Below are positions 19,812 through 29,438 of a stretch of 64,000 nucleotides of DNA, piece after piece. Location of the stretch: contig CAZOJF010000001.1 in assembly GCA_964580085.1 (NCBI GenBank), positions 1,607 through 65,606 of the forward strand. The letters run 5' to 3'. The notes beneath the pieces were generated by a model. The model was given only the letters and a program-made list of their open reading frames with translations. It was not told the DNA's origin and ran no database searches. How positions within the stretch are numbered: position 1 is the first letter of the stretch; each line of letters opens with the position of its first letter. This DNA comes from an uncultured Candidatus Saccharibacteria bacterium. Its GTDB lineage: Bacteria; Patescibacteriota; Minisyncoccia; Minisyncoccales; CG1-02-41-26. Made by a program: the position numbers and the translations under genes.

Positions 19812-20378
19812 TTATTTATGATTCGACCTTTTTTCTTTTTTAATCATAGCAACTAATTTTTGGACTAATTTTTTTGGGTTTGTATCCGAAACAATCTTTT
19901 TCTTAGGCCTGTACCCTCTTTTCAAAACCTCATCTATCAAGTCAGCTGTTCCTCCCGTCCCTTTTAAAACCCCAATAGGCATTTTACTTTCAAAGGCAAT
20001 TGTGAATTCATTTAAGGTTCCTGTTCTCCCACAAATAATAATGACTCCATCTGCTGCTTTGGTCAATATTAAATTTCTCCCTACATAATCAAATCCTGTA
20101 TAAATAATTAAATCAAATTGGTCAGTCGGAAGATGATATACTTTTACATGTTCTTTTTCGCCGTTAGCCGGAGAAAATCCAATACTCATCCCTTTCTCCT
20201 GTTTGGCCCCTTCAGCTGAATAATAAGGAGCACCCGTAGTAGCCCCTGTTAAAAGAATGCATCCTTGCCTTATGATTTCTCTCCCAATCTCCCTTGATAT
20301 CTCTTTTATGTTTGAACAACAATGTTTTGTGTCTGCCGCCCCAGAAACAACTATTTTATATTTTGATTTATACTGCAT
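19812..20378 (-). CDS. LOG/TIGR00725-family Rossmann-fold nucleotide-binding protein
   Basis: IVVSGAADTKHCC...ILLTGATTGAPY...ICGRTGTLNEF. This is the PGGxGTxxE-like LOG motif in degenerate form. 188 aa. Confidence 0.55.
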   Translation of the reverse strand: MQYKSKYKIVVSGAADTKHCCSNIKEISREIGREIIRQGCILLTGATTGAPYYSAEGAKQEKGMSIGFSPANGEKEHVKVYHLPTDQFDLIIYTGFDYVGRNLILTKAADGVIIICGRTGTLNEFTIAFESKMPIGVLKGTGGTADLIDEVLKRGYRPKKKIVSDTNPKKLVQKLVAMIKKEKRSNHK

Positions 20379-20496
20379 ATTTTAGAATATTTATTATTTA
20401 TTTTATTTAATTATATCATATTCGCTCATAATTTGATAATCTGTTCTTTGCTTATTTAATCCTCTTTTAGATAAACATCCCCCCATAATAAAAATC

Positions 20497-20515
20497 GCCC
20501 GATAATGGGCTTTTT
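20497..20515. terminator. Rho-independent terminator downstream of the minus-strand gene at 20539-21156
   Basis: GCCCGATAATGGGC hairpin flanked by an A-run and TTTTT. Confidence 0.5.
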
Positions 20516-20538
20516 AATTAATCAAAGAATTTTAATCT

Positions 20539-21156
20539 TTAAAGACTTATTTTTTCAATCTCTTTTTTAAAAAAACTCTCTATTTTTAGTTGGTCAACTT
20601 TTTCTTTTAGAAATTGTATCTCAATTTCTTTAATGTCTTTTAAATAAATTAATTGCTCTAAAAACAATCTAGGATCGAATTCTTGCCCATATCTTTTTTT
20701 AGAAAGAGCAATAATCTTTTCTAAAGAAACAACTCCTTTTTTTATAACAAAATATAAATCTACATAATCTCTTAGGGTAGACCTCCTGCCCAAGGCATAC
20801 GCTTTCATCACAGCAATCTCCTCACTTGATAAAATTTTAATCCCTTGATATTCAATGGGCTTTGAAATCATTGGAAAAGCATATTTTATAAAAGAAACAC
20901 TAACTCCATTAATTGTCACTGTTAATTGTTCAGGGTGATTTACAATAATCTCTATTTCCGAACCCTTAAAGATTCTTTGCACTTTAGGAAGTAATCCTTT
21001 TGGGATCTCTTTTCCCCAAAAAAAATCAAAATCAACTGAGACTCTGTGGCCTAATTGTAAGGACATACCTGTCCCACCAGCTAAATAGAACTCCGGGAAA
21101 TTCTTAAGTTTGTTAAATATTTTTTTGGCTTCTGATGTAATCGCTTCTTGATGCAT
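20539..21156 (-). CDS. Pol-beta-superfamily nucleotidyltransferase, AbiEii/AbiGii toxin-like (DUF1814-like)
   Basis: FYLAGGTGMSLQLGHRVSVDFDFF matches the GG-x(9-13)-DhD nucleotidyltransferase motif and the AbiEii GGTAL...R.S.DIDF pattern. 205 aa. Confidence 0.5.
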   Translation of the reverse strand: MHQEAITSEAKKIFNKLKNFPEFYLAGGTGMSLQLGHRVSVDFDFFWGKEIPKGLLPKVQRIFKGSEIEIIVNHPEQLTVTINGVSVSFIKYAFPMISKPIEYQGIKILSSEEIAVMKAYALGRRSTLRDYVDLYFVIKKGVVSLEKIIALSKKRYGQEFDPRLFLEQLIYLKDIKEIEIQFLKEKVDQLKIESFFKKEIEKISL

Positions 21157-21427
21157 ATTTTAATTTTTTAATACCGAGTAAAAGAGAAACTAATTTTAGG
21201 GCAGGAGCCCTAAATTCCGTTTGGGGAATCTCTTCAATAAATCTCTTTACATTTTCTTTCCCATAAAATTTAAATACCCAAAGCCAATGTTCCCATTTAC
21301 CATAATTAACAGTATTGATAATTATTGTTCTCTTGTTTTTCTGAAGATTAATTGAAGAAAATTTGTATGACCAAAATAAGGGCTTAAAGAATGAGGGGAT
21401 TTTTGAATTTTTAGTTTCTATCTTCAT
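21113..21427 (-). CDS. Hypothetical small protein upstream of the nucleotidyltransferase (possible antitoxin partner or remnant)
   Basis: 104-aa ORF that overlaps the nucleotidyltransferase start by 44 nt. No recognisable motif. Confidence 0.25.
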   Translation of the reverse strand: MKIETKNSKIPSFFKPLFWSYKFSSINLQKNKRTIIINTVNYGKWEHWLWVFKFYGKENVKRFIEEIPQTEFRAPALKLVSLLLGIKKLKYASRSDYIRSQKNI

Positions 21428-21449
21428 GTTTTAATTATATCACAGATAT

Positions 21450-21782
21450 TTACTTAAAATTTATTCTAAATTCATATCCGTACTTCTTAAATCCTAATTT
21501 ATCGTAGAAACTATGAATGCCAGGCTTAGTGAGACGACTAGTACAAATTAGTTTATAACATCCAGATTCTTTTGCTTTTTCAATTAAAATATTCATAATT
21601 TTCGTGCCGTATCCTTTGCCCTGATAATCTTCTTGCACATAAACATCTTCTATAAAACCAAACGGCTCTGGATGCAAATCATTTTTTAAAACATAAAGCC
21701 GCGCCCTAGCGACTTCTTTACCTTCTTCTGATATTAAGAACTTAAAGCCCTCTCCTGAAATCTTTTCAATTTTAGTTTCCAT
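21450..21782 (-). CDS. GNAT family N-acetyltransferase
   Basis: VYVQEDYQGKGYGTKIMNILIEKAKESGCYKL is a GNAT acetyl-CoA binding motif (Q/RxxGxG/A). 110 aa. Confidence 0.75.
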   Translation of the reverse strand: METKIEKISGEGFKFLISEEGKEVARARLYVLKNDLHPEPFGFIEDVYVQEDYQGKGYGTKIMNILIEKAKESGCYKLICTSRLTKPGIHSFYDKLGFKKYGYEFRINFK

Positions 21783-21792
21783 ATTTTTTTAA

Positions 21793-23592
21793 TTACTCCA
21801 CTGTAACGCTTTTGGCCAAGTGCCTAGGCTTATCCGCGTCTAATCCTTTCAAATCAGCTGCATAATAAGCCAAAAGCTGAAGAGGAATAACATTTAATAT
21901 GGGCGACAAGCATTCTTTTGTCTCCGGAACCCTAATGACATAATCAGCGAATTTGTTAATTCTCTTATCTGTTTTGTTGGCTAGGACAATCACTTTCCCT
22001 TTTCTCGCTTTAATTTCTTGGATATTGCTCATAATCTTTTCATATGTGGAGCTTTTAGTGGCTAAAAAAACAACCGGCATATCTTTGTCAATTAAGGCAA
22101 TAGGTCCGTGTTTCATTTCGCCAGAGGGATATCCTTCGGCATGGATATAAGAAATTTCTTTTAACTTTAAAGCGCCTTCTAAAGCAACTGGAAAATTAAC
22201 CCCTCTGCCTAAATAAAGAAATCCCTTACTATTTTTTAGTTTTTTGGCTATCTGCTTTATCTTTTCCTTGTCTTTCAAAATCTTTTTAACTTTTAAAGGG
22301 ATACTTTTTATTTCCGTTAAAATATGCGTATCTACTTTTAACCCTTTCTCCTGTCTGAGATATAAGGCCAATAGGGTTAAAGTCATCAATTGAGAGGTAA
22401 ACGCTTTTGTAGATGCAACCCCTATCTCTGGCCCAGCGTGCAGAAATATGCCCGAATCCACCTCTCTGGAAATTGTTGAACCAACTACATTTATTATGCC
22501 TAGAGTTTCAGCACCTTTTTTCTTCGCCTCTCTAAGAGCTTCTAATGTATCTGCTGTTTCTCCTGATTGAGAAATCCCCATTACAACATCTCCTGGCCCA
22601 ATTAGCGGGTTTCTATATCTAAACTCTGACGCGTAATCTACTTCTACTGGGATCTTAGAAAATTTTTCAATTAAGTATTTAGAAATAAGAGCTGCGTGCC
22701 AGCTGGTACCACAAGATACAATAATAATTCTTTTAATTGCTTTTACGTCAACATTCAAAGATAATTTTATCTGTCCTTTTTTAATCCTGCCTCTTAAAGC
22801 ATTTCTTAAACTTTCGGGCTGTTCAAATATCTCTTTTAACATAAAATGTTTAAATCCTTTCTTCTCTAGTTGGCCTATATTCCATTTTATTTCTTTAACT
22901 TTCTTTTCAACTTCCTGCCCTTTAAAGTTTTTGATTTTAAATCTATTTCTATATATATCTGCTATTTGTCCATCTTTTAGATAAACAACTTTTTTGGTAT
23001 ATTTTAAAATTGCCGAAGTGTCTGAAGCCACAAACATTTCTCCATCGCCAACGCCTATAACCAAAGGAGAGCCCTTTCTAACGGCAATAATTCTATTCTC
23101 ATCTTTATGGAGTATAGCTAAACCAAAAGCACCTTCTAGGAGTTCTACGGTTTTTATAACTGCTTTTTCAAGATCTCCTTGATAAAACTTTTCTATTAAA
23201 TGAGGGATAACTTCTGAATCTGTTTCTGATAAAAAAATATGTCCTTCTTTTTTAAGTAAATCTTTCAAAGCTTGGTAGTTTTCAATTATGCCATTATGGA
23301 CTACGGTTATTTCTCCTTTACAGTCCAGGTGGGGATGAGCATTTTTTCTTGATGGTTCTCCATGAGTTGCCCAGCGAGTATGGGCGATACCAATATTACC
23401 AGGCAAATTTTTTAACTCTGGTATTTTTTTAAATTGAGAAACCTTGCCTTTTCTTTTTAATACCTCTAAATGATGATTGATTTTGACGCAAATCCCCACG
23501 CTATCATATCCTCTGTATTCCAGCCGTTCTAGTCCTTGAATTAAAATTGGGACTGCATTTTTTTTACCGATATAACCAATTATTCCGCACAT
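21793..23592 (-). CDS. glmS: Glutamine--fructose-6-phosphate aminotransferase (isomerising)
   Basis: Starts MCGIIGYIG (Ntn Cys), has two SIS domains, and ends ...KSVTVE. 599 aa. Confidence 0.9.
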   Translation of the reverse strand: MCGIIGYIGKKNAVPILIQGLERLEYRGYDSVGICVKINHHLEVLKRKGKVSQFKKIPELKNLPGNIGIAHTRWATHGEPSRKNAHPHLDCKGEITVVHNGIIENYQALKDLLKKEGHIFLSETDSEVIPHLIEKFYQGDLEKAVIKTVELLEGAFGLAILHKDENRIIAVRKGSPLVIGVGDGEMFVASDTSAILKYTKKVVYLKDGQIADIYRNRFKIKNFKGQEVEKKVKEIKWNIGQLEKKGFKHFMLKEIFEQPESLRNALRGRIKKGQIKLSLNVDVKAIKRIIIVSCGTSWHAALISKYLIEKFSKIPVEVDYASEFRYRNPLIGPGDVVMGISQSGETADTLEALREAKKKGAETLGIINVVGSTISREVDSGIFLHAGPEIGVASTKAFTSQLMTLTLLALYLRQEKGLKVDTHILTEIKSIPLKVKKILKDKEKIKQIAKKLKNSKGFLYLGRGVNFPVALEGALKLKEISYIHAEGYPSGEMKHGPIALIDKDMPVVFLATKSSTYEKIMSNIQEIKARKGKVIVLANKTDKRINKFADYVIRVPETKECLSPILNVIPLQLLAYYAADLKGLDADKPRHLAKSVTVE

Positions 23593-23602
23593 AAGATTTA
23601 AT

Positions 23603-24292
23603 TTATTTTTTAGCTATTAGATAAATGTTTTTTCTATTTCCTCTCTCATTTGTTGTAACCCCTTGTTTAATAATTTTAAACATTGCTTGTTTGGCTAAAT
23701 TTGTTAATTCTTTCTCTAAAAAATAATGGAAATATCTTTCAGCACGTTTATCCCCCCAAGGCCTGATAATATCACCTTTTTCTAGTCTCCCTGTCAATTT
23801 CAATGCCGTACGTTTAAAAAATAAGTTTAAATTCTTCTTGGATTCTGGTTGCCAAACTGTTAAGATAAAAAAGCCATTTGACTTTAATATTCTTCTAACT
23901 TCTTCTAAAAATTGTATTCTGAATTCTTCTGATGGGATATGATGTAAAACAGCAATGCTATATACTTTATCAAAATAGTTATTAGGGAAAGGAAGGTTTA
24001 AAGCATCCGCTATTTGAAACTTTACTTTAGGATAATTTTGTTTAGCAATCTCAATCAGTTTTTCTGAAAAATCAACTCCAATATAATCAATATCTTTATC
24101 TGCCAAAAATTGGAGAAAGCGGCCATTGCCACAACCTAAGTCTAAAACCTTGTCCCCGGGTATAATATAATCATTAAATAAAAACTCTACCTCTGGCCAA
24201 ATTTGCCCCCTAGTTGCTGAAAACTCTTGAGCGATTTTATTATAATCTTGTTTTGTTTTTTTTAATAAATTTTCCGCGTATTTTTTCTTCAT
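23603..24292 (-). CDS. Class I SAM-dependent methyltransferase
   Basis: VLDLGCGNGRF motif I and ADALNLPFPNNYFDKVYS motif. 229 aa. Confidence 0.75.
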   Translation of the reverse strand: MKKKYAENLLKKTKQDYNKIAQEFSATRGQIWPEVEFLFNDYIIPGDKVLDLGCGNGRFLQFLADKDIDYIGVDFSEKLIEIAKQNYPKVKFQIADALNLPFPNNYFDKVYSIAVLHHIPSEEFRIQFLEEVRRILKSNGFFILTVWQPESKKNLNLFFKRTALKLTGRLEKGDIIRPWGDKRAERYFHYFLEKELTNLAKQAMFKIIKQGVTTNERGNRKNIYLIAKK

Positions 24293-24297
24293 ATTAT

Positions 24298-25884
24298 ATG
24301 GAAGCTAAAACAATTAAATTAATATTTCAAGAACTTATTAAAACCCGAATTAAGAATCGGAAAGATTTAGATTCTTTTAAAAGGAAAATGGCTAAAAAGT
24401 ATAAAATTCCTTGTTTTAAAAATATAGAGCTACTTAAAATTTATCATAAATTAGACCAAAATAAAAGAAGAAAATTACCAAAAAATATTGAAAACTCATT
24501 AAGAATCCGTCCTATCCGTTCTCTTTCTGGGATTATTAATGTATCTATTCTAACCAAACCATATCCTTGTCCGGGAAAATGTATTTATTGTCCCAGTCAA
24601 AAGAATATTCCAAAAAGTTATTTAGAAGGTGAACCAGCTGTTCAAAGAGCAGTTTTAACTAACTTTGACCCCTATCTTCAAGTTCAAACTAGGCTAGAAA
24701 GCTTGGAAAAAATTGGGCATCCTATAGATAAAATTGAATTAAGAATAATTGGTGGAACTTGGAGTTATTATAAAAAACAATATCAAACTTGGTTTATAAA
24801 AAAGTGTTTTGCTTGCACTAACCAATATGGGAAAAGAAATAAACCACAAACAAAAACCTTAAAAGAGCTCCAAAAGGTAAACGAAAAAACAAAATGTAAA
24901 ATTATTGGGATTACAATTGAAACAAGACCCGACTATATAAATATGAAAGAAATAAAAAGAATGAGAATCCTGGGGATAACTAGAGTGGAATTGGGAGTCC
25001 AAACTATTTATAATGATATTCTAAAAATAAATAAAAGAGGGCATAATATTGAATCAACAATTAAGGCTACCAAGCTTTTAAAAAATGCCGGGTTTAAAGT
25101 TTCTTATCAAATGATGCCAAATCTTCTGGGCTCTACTTTTAAAAAAGACGTTGAAATGTTTGAACAACTTTTCTCAAATCCTGATTTCCAACCAGATCTT
25201 TTAAAAATCTATCCCTTGGCTCTAGTAAAACAATCTGCTTTATATAAAATTTATAAAAAAAATAAATTTAAACCATATTCTAAAAATAAATTAATTAAAC
25301 TTTTAATTGAAATTAAAAAACAAATTCCTTATCAATGTAGAATTCAAAGAATTATTAGGGACATTCCTTCAAAATATATTATCGAAGGAGGGGTTAAAGT
25401 GTCAAACCTAAGAGAAGTTGTTCAAAAACAGATGCAAGAACAAGGACTAAAATGCAAATGTATAAGATGTAGAGAAATTAAAAAAGAATACAACAATAAA
25501 GAAAAGATTTATCTGTTCCGAAAAGACTATAATGCTTCAGGAGGAAAAGAAATCTTTTTAAGTTTTGAAAATAAAAAGAGAGATAAACTTTATGCTCTTT
25601 TGCGCTTAAGAATTTCTACAAAGAAAAATTATTTACCGGTTTTAGATAAAGCAGGAATAATTAGAGAAATTCATACCTACGGGCAAATGACTCCCGTGGG
25701 CAATAAACCATCATCCTCACAACATAGAGGGCTAGGGAAAAAACTAATGAAAAAAGCGGAACAAATTGTAAAAAAAGAATTCCAGATAAATAAAATGGCT
25801 GTAATATCTGGAATCGGAGTACGCGGATATTATAAAAAATTAGGGTATAAATTAAAAGATACTTATATGGTAAAGAAAATATAA
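24298..25884 (+). CDS. Elp3-family radical SAM / GNAT acetyltransferase (tRNA U34 modification-like)
   Basis: PYPCPGKCIYCPS radical-SAM cluster motif as in Elp3. The C-terminal region (RGLGKKLMKKAE...) is GNAT-like. Start set at the ATG at 24298 (MEAKT), which avoids overlapping the divergent methyltransferase gene. Confidence 0.7.
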   Translation: MEAKTIKLIFQELIKTRIKNRKDLDSFKRKMAKKYKIPCFKNIELLKIYHKLDQNKRRKLPKNIENSLRIRPIRSLSGIINVSILTKPYPCPGKCIYCPSQKNIPKSYLEGEPAVQRAVLTNFDPYLQVQTRLESLEKIGHPIDKIELRIIGGTWSYYKKQYQTWFIKKCFACTNQYGKRNKPQTKTLKELQKVNEKTKCKIIGITIETRPDYINMKEIKRMRILGITRVELGVQTIYNDILKINKRGHNIESTIKATKLLKNAGFKVSYQMMPNLLGSTFKKDVEMFEQLFSNPDFQPDLLKIYPLALVKQSALYKIYKKNKFKPYSKNKLIKLLIEIKKQIPYQCRIQRIIRDIPSKYIIEGGVKVSNLREVVQKQMQEQGLKCKCIRCREIKKEYNNKEKIYLFRKDYNASGGKEIFLSFENKKRDKLYALLRLRISTKKNYLPVLDKAGIIREIHTYGQMTPVGNKPSSSQHRGLGKKLMKKAEQIVKKEFQINKMAVISGIGVRGYYKKLGYKLKDTYMVKKI

Positions 25885-26192
25885 TCGTAAATTAAAAATA
25901 AGGAGGTAAGAAAATTGGGAAAATCGACTGATGCTAAAGAGATAAAAACATATAAAAATAGGAAAGAAATGGAAAGAATAAAACCCAGAGTCTATTGTCT
26001 GTCAAATTTTAATGTTTTTGATATAATTAAAACACAGTTAAATAGTAGTTTATTAAGAGCACAGGGAAGAAAACTGACCCGATAATCCTCCCAGCAACCC
26101 TTAAAAGTAACTTTTTAAGAAGGTGTTAAATTCAGTCCATAATCAGGGTAAGTGAATTTATTATTGGTAATTAGTTTTAATTAAATAAATCT

Positions 26193-26600
26193 ATGAAAAA
26201 TAAAACTAAAGAAGACGAAAGTAAAATATCAACAAATCAAAAAAAATCTGAAAATGATATTTATACTCATAATAAACGTGGAAAAGTATTTGACAATATA
26301 ATTATAAAAGAAAAAAACCCAAAAGTATCTAAAAAAACATTTATCCAAATTTTTATTTCCATATTATTACCTTTTCTTTTTTGGTTACTTGTTGTAAAGT
26401 CTTCTGAACAATTATGGTCTTTTGTTTTTTTCATGCCATTAATTGTAATATGGTTAATTATTTTATTTATATGGCTGATTATAGACTCTATCATGTCTAT
26501 CAAAAGTAGAAAAAGTAATACTCCAGAATTTGTGATTTTTGGAGTTAATCTTATCTTCTGGCTATGTTTTATACTTAGAATAAGTGGTCTTCTCGGCTGA
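26193..26600 (+). CDS. Hypothetical small membrane protein (3-4 TM)
   Basis: 135 aa. Hydrophilic Lys-rich N-terminus, then hydrophobic helices. Confidence 0.4.
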   Translation: MKNKTKEDESKISTNQKKSENDIYTHNKRGKVFDNIIIKEKNPKVSKKTFIQIFISILLPFLFWLLVVKSSEQLWSFVFFMPLIVIWLIILFIWLIIDSIMSIKSRKSNTPEFVIFGVNLIFWLCFILRISGLLG

Positions 26601-26657
26601 TTTTGATAAATTAATTTCATCTGCATTAATTCTCAAATAAAAGTTTATATTAAAAAA

Positions 26658-26690
26658 CTGTCTCTCTCACCAGAGGCAGTTTTTATTTGT
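26658..26690. terminator. Bidirectional rho-independent terminator between convergent genes
   Basis: AAAAACTGTCTCTCTCACCAGAGGCAGTTTTTATTTG. The stem is CUGUCUCU/AGAGGCAG (one G-U pair), with A/T runs on both sides. Confidence 0.6.
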
Positions 26691-26697
26691 ACCAAAT

Positions 26698-27645
26698 TTA
26701 TACTCTAGAAACTCTAGTTAACCCTGAACAAGGAATAATTTCTATGCCTTGTTTTTCTATCTCATCCAAAAATAAGTTTACACCTATAGAGTCAGAGGAC
26801 ATGTGTCCAGCAATTATCACATTCAAATTTGCTTCTTCTGCTTCTTTTTTATGTTCTTCTGAAATATGCATGCCTATAATTGTACCAATCCCTGCCTGGG
26901 CTATTTTAGCATAAAGTTTGGGAGATCCTTCTGTGCCACCAGTAATTTCTGTTAAAGCGATTTTACCACAACGATTTTCGGGAGAACCAACAAAGATCTT
27001 GGGCCCCACTCCAATTTTACATGCTTCTTTATATTCGGGAATTTCTTTTAAAAGTTTGATTATATCTTCAACTGTTTCTATGTCTTTGTTTGCTTCAATT
27101 TTTTCTTTCAAAAATTTTGCTGCTAAGTTATCGCAAGGAGTATGACAATTCATTAAATTAAATTGCATAATCCGAGCTGCATCTACTGTCCTCTGATGGT
27201 TAATGCCATTAACCCCCCTAGCCACTTCGGAAATCCTTTCCTTCATCAACCCCTCTGCAATATTTATTGGAACTCCATATTTATTCAAAACATCACATTG
27301 AAGATCCATTACATCTGCTAAATGGGCCAATGCTTTCCCCGTGGGATGATGAGAAACTATTAGATCAATATCCCCAATCTCTTTAGCCATTAAAATTTCT
27401 GCTGGGCCTATGTCAATACCAACTAATATTTTTTTAATCTCTTTATCTTCAGAAATATTTAAAACTCTGGAATCTAAATATGGATTTTCTAAAGAATTTA
27501 TATCAAAATATTCCTTCTTTTCAGGAGAGAGTTTCTCGTATTTCTCTTTTTTCTTTTTCAAGAATTTTTTAACACCTTCAACTTCTCGGAAGTCAGATTC
27601 TATCCCCATTTTAATTGCCAAGTCGAATACTTCTTTTGTCTTCAT
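26698..27645 (-). CDS. NIF3/DUF34-family dinuclear-metal protein
   Basis: DLIVSHHPTGKA (HHP motif) and the C-terminal VIIAGHMSSDSIGVNLFL are consistent with NIF3 (YqfO/YbgI) family. 315 aa. Confidence 0.5.
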   Translation of the reverse strand: MKTKEVFDLAIKMGIESDFREVEGVKKFLKKKKEKYEKLSPEKKEYFDINSLENPYLDSRVLNISEDKEIKKILVGIDIGPAEILMAKEIGDIDLIVSHHPTGKALAHLADVMDLQCDVLNKYGVPINIAEGLMKERISEVARGVNGINHQRTVDAARIMQFNLMNCHTPCDNLAAKFLKEKIEANKDIETVEDIIKLLKEIPEYKEACKIGVGPKIFVGSPENRCGKIALTEITGGTEGSPKLYAKIAQAGIGTIIGMHISEEHKKEAEEANLNVIIAGHMSSDSIGVNLFLDEIEKQGIEIIPCSGLTRVSRV

Positions 27646-27653
27646 ATTTTTAT

Positions 27654-28043
27654 TTATTTTTTAAACCAACCTTCTACCTCTTTAACTAATTGCGAAGGAA
27701 TAAGGTCTGTTTTTAGAATATATTTCTCTACCTTTAACTTTCTGCTTACTATTTTTAAATCGGGGTTAGTATAATTTGTCAAAATAAAAAAAGGAATATT
27801 ATCTATCCCTTTTTGTGATCTGGCTTTTTTTAAAACCTCTATCCCATTAATATCTGGCAAAACTAAGTCTAGAAGGACTAAGTCGGGCTTATCTTCAACC
27901 CCTCTGGCTATTTTTTCTAATTTTTCCATTGCATCTTTAGAGCACTCTGCTGTTTCAACTTTAAAACCGGCCTTTTTTAAAACCGTAGTATAAATATCAA
28001 TTATACAAGAATCATCTTCTACTAATAAGATTTTTTTAGACAT
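27654..28043 (-). CDS. Stand-alone response-regulator receiver domain (CheY-like)
   Basis: KILLVEDDS...DLVLLDLVLPDINGIEVLKK...ILTNY with the conserved Asp pocket. 129 aa. Confidence 0.8.
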   Translation of the reverse strand: MSKKILLVEDDSCIIDIYTTVLKKAGFKVETAECSKDAMEKLEKIARGVEDKPDLVLLDLVLPDINGIEVLKKARSQKGIDNIPFFILTNYTNPDLKIVSRKLKVEKYILKTDLIPSQLVKEVEGWFKK

Positions 28044-28079
28044 TTTTTTATTAAAATTATATATTGTTATTATATCTTA

Positions 28080-29363
28080 TTAATTATTAATATTAAAGGA
28101 ATCTGGTTGCTTTAGCTTTTCCATTTTTTGTTTAACTATTTCTCTGTCGCTCCAGGGGATTTTTTTATTATGGGCAATACACATCCAAGGTTCAGACCCT
28201 TTGCCCGTAATAATAACTGTGTCTCCTTCTCCTGCTGTTTTTAATGCTTTGATAATTGCTTCCTTCCTATCTAATACAATATTTAAGACCTTGTATTTTG
28301 TATCTAGTATGCCCGATTTTATCTCTGATAAAATTTGATTTGGGTCCTCATCATATGGATCTTCGTTCGTTAAAATAATCTCCTGGCAATACTTGGCAGC
28401 AATTTCTCCCATCTTAGGTCTTTTCCATTTATCTCTTCCTCCACCACAAGAACCTAAAACACAGATTAATTTTGATCCGTTAGAAAGCGTTTTATAAACT
28501 TGCTCTAAAGAATCAGGCGTATGAGCATAGTCTACAACAACCTTAAAGGGTTTTTCTAACATTATTTCCATTCTCCCTGGAATTTTTTTAACTTTTCCTA
28601 AGGCTTTTTTACAAGTTTCTAAACTAACCCCTTGCGACAAAGCAATGCTAATTGCTGCTAAAGAATTATAAATATTAAATTTACCGGACAAATTAAGATT
28701 AAATTGAACATTATTTATTTCAAACTCTATTTTATTTCCTGAAAGGTTTAAATTATTAGCATTAATAAACTCCCAACTTTCTTTTTCTAAATTAGGATTA
28801 ATCCCGTAACAAAGCTTTTGTTTACTGGGAAATTCTAAAAAATATTTTGAATTTTTATCATCTGTATTTATAATATGAAGTTTTTTACATTCTTGAAAAA
28901 GAACCGCTTTAGCTTTACGATATTTTTCAAAAGAACCATGTCTTTCAATGTGCTCTGGAGCTAAATTCGTAAAAACAACAATATCAAAATCAATAAACTT
29001 TTCACGATGCTGTAAAATACCTTCTGATGTTACTTCTAAAATAGCATATTTGCATCCTGCTCTTACAGCCTTCTTTAAAAACTTCTGAAGCTTGAATCGC
29101 CCAGGCATTGTCATTTTTAATTTATTGAGCTCCTCTTTCTTACCTATCCTAAACTTGATAGAAGAAGCCGAAGCAACTTTGTATCCAGCCTTTTCCAGAA
29201 TAACTCTTGTTAACTCAATTGTTGTTGATTTGCCTTTTGTACCTGTAATGCCAATTACTTTTAATCTTTTAGAAGGGAAACCATAAATTAAAGCCCCTAA
29301 AAAGGCCCAGACAAAATGATACCAATTTAATAAGAATAATGGGATAAAGTCTTTTAATCTCAT
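28080..29363 (-). CDS. Mur ligase family protein (MurE-like; central and C-terminal domains)
   Basis: VIGITGTKGKSTT (P-loop), MTMPGRFKLQ, VVFTNLAPEHIERHGSFEKYRKAK and DYAHTPDSLE are Mur ligase/MurE signatures. An N-terminal hydrophobic segment is present. Confidence 0.6.
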   Translation of the reverse strand: MRLKDFIPLFLLNWYHFVWAFLGALIYGFPSKRLKVIGITGTKGKSTTIELTRVILEKAGYKVASASSIKFRIGKKEELNKLKMTMPGRFKLQKFLKKAVRAGCKYAILEVTSEGILQHREKFIDFDIVVFTNLAPEHIERHGSFEKYRKAKAVLFQECKKLHIINTDDKNSKYFLEFPSKQKLCYGINPNLEKESWEFINANNLNLSGNKIEFEINNVQFNLNLSGKFNIYNSLAAISIALSQGVSLETCKKALGKVKKIPGRMEIMLEKPFKVVVDYAHTPDSLEQVYKTLSNGSKLICVLGSCGGGRDKWKRPKMGEIAAKYCQEIILTNEDPYDEDPNQILSEIKSGILDTKYKVLNIVLDRKEAIIKALKTAGEGDTVIITGKGSEPWMCIAHNKKIPWSDREIVKQKMEKLKQPDSFNINN

Positions 29364-29438
29364 ATTTTTAGTATATCATAATAATCATCCATAAAAAATT
29401 ATTGCCAAAAAATAAACTTTATGATAGTATAGTCCTAT

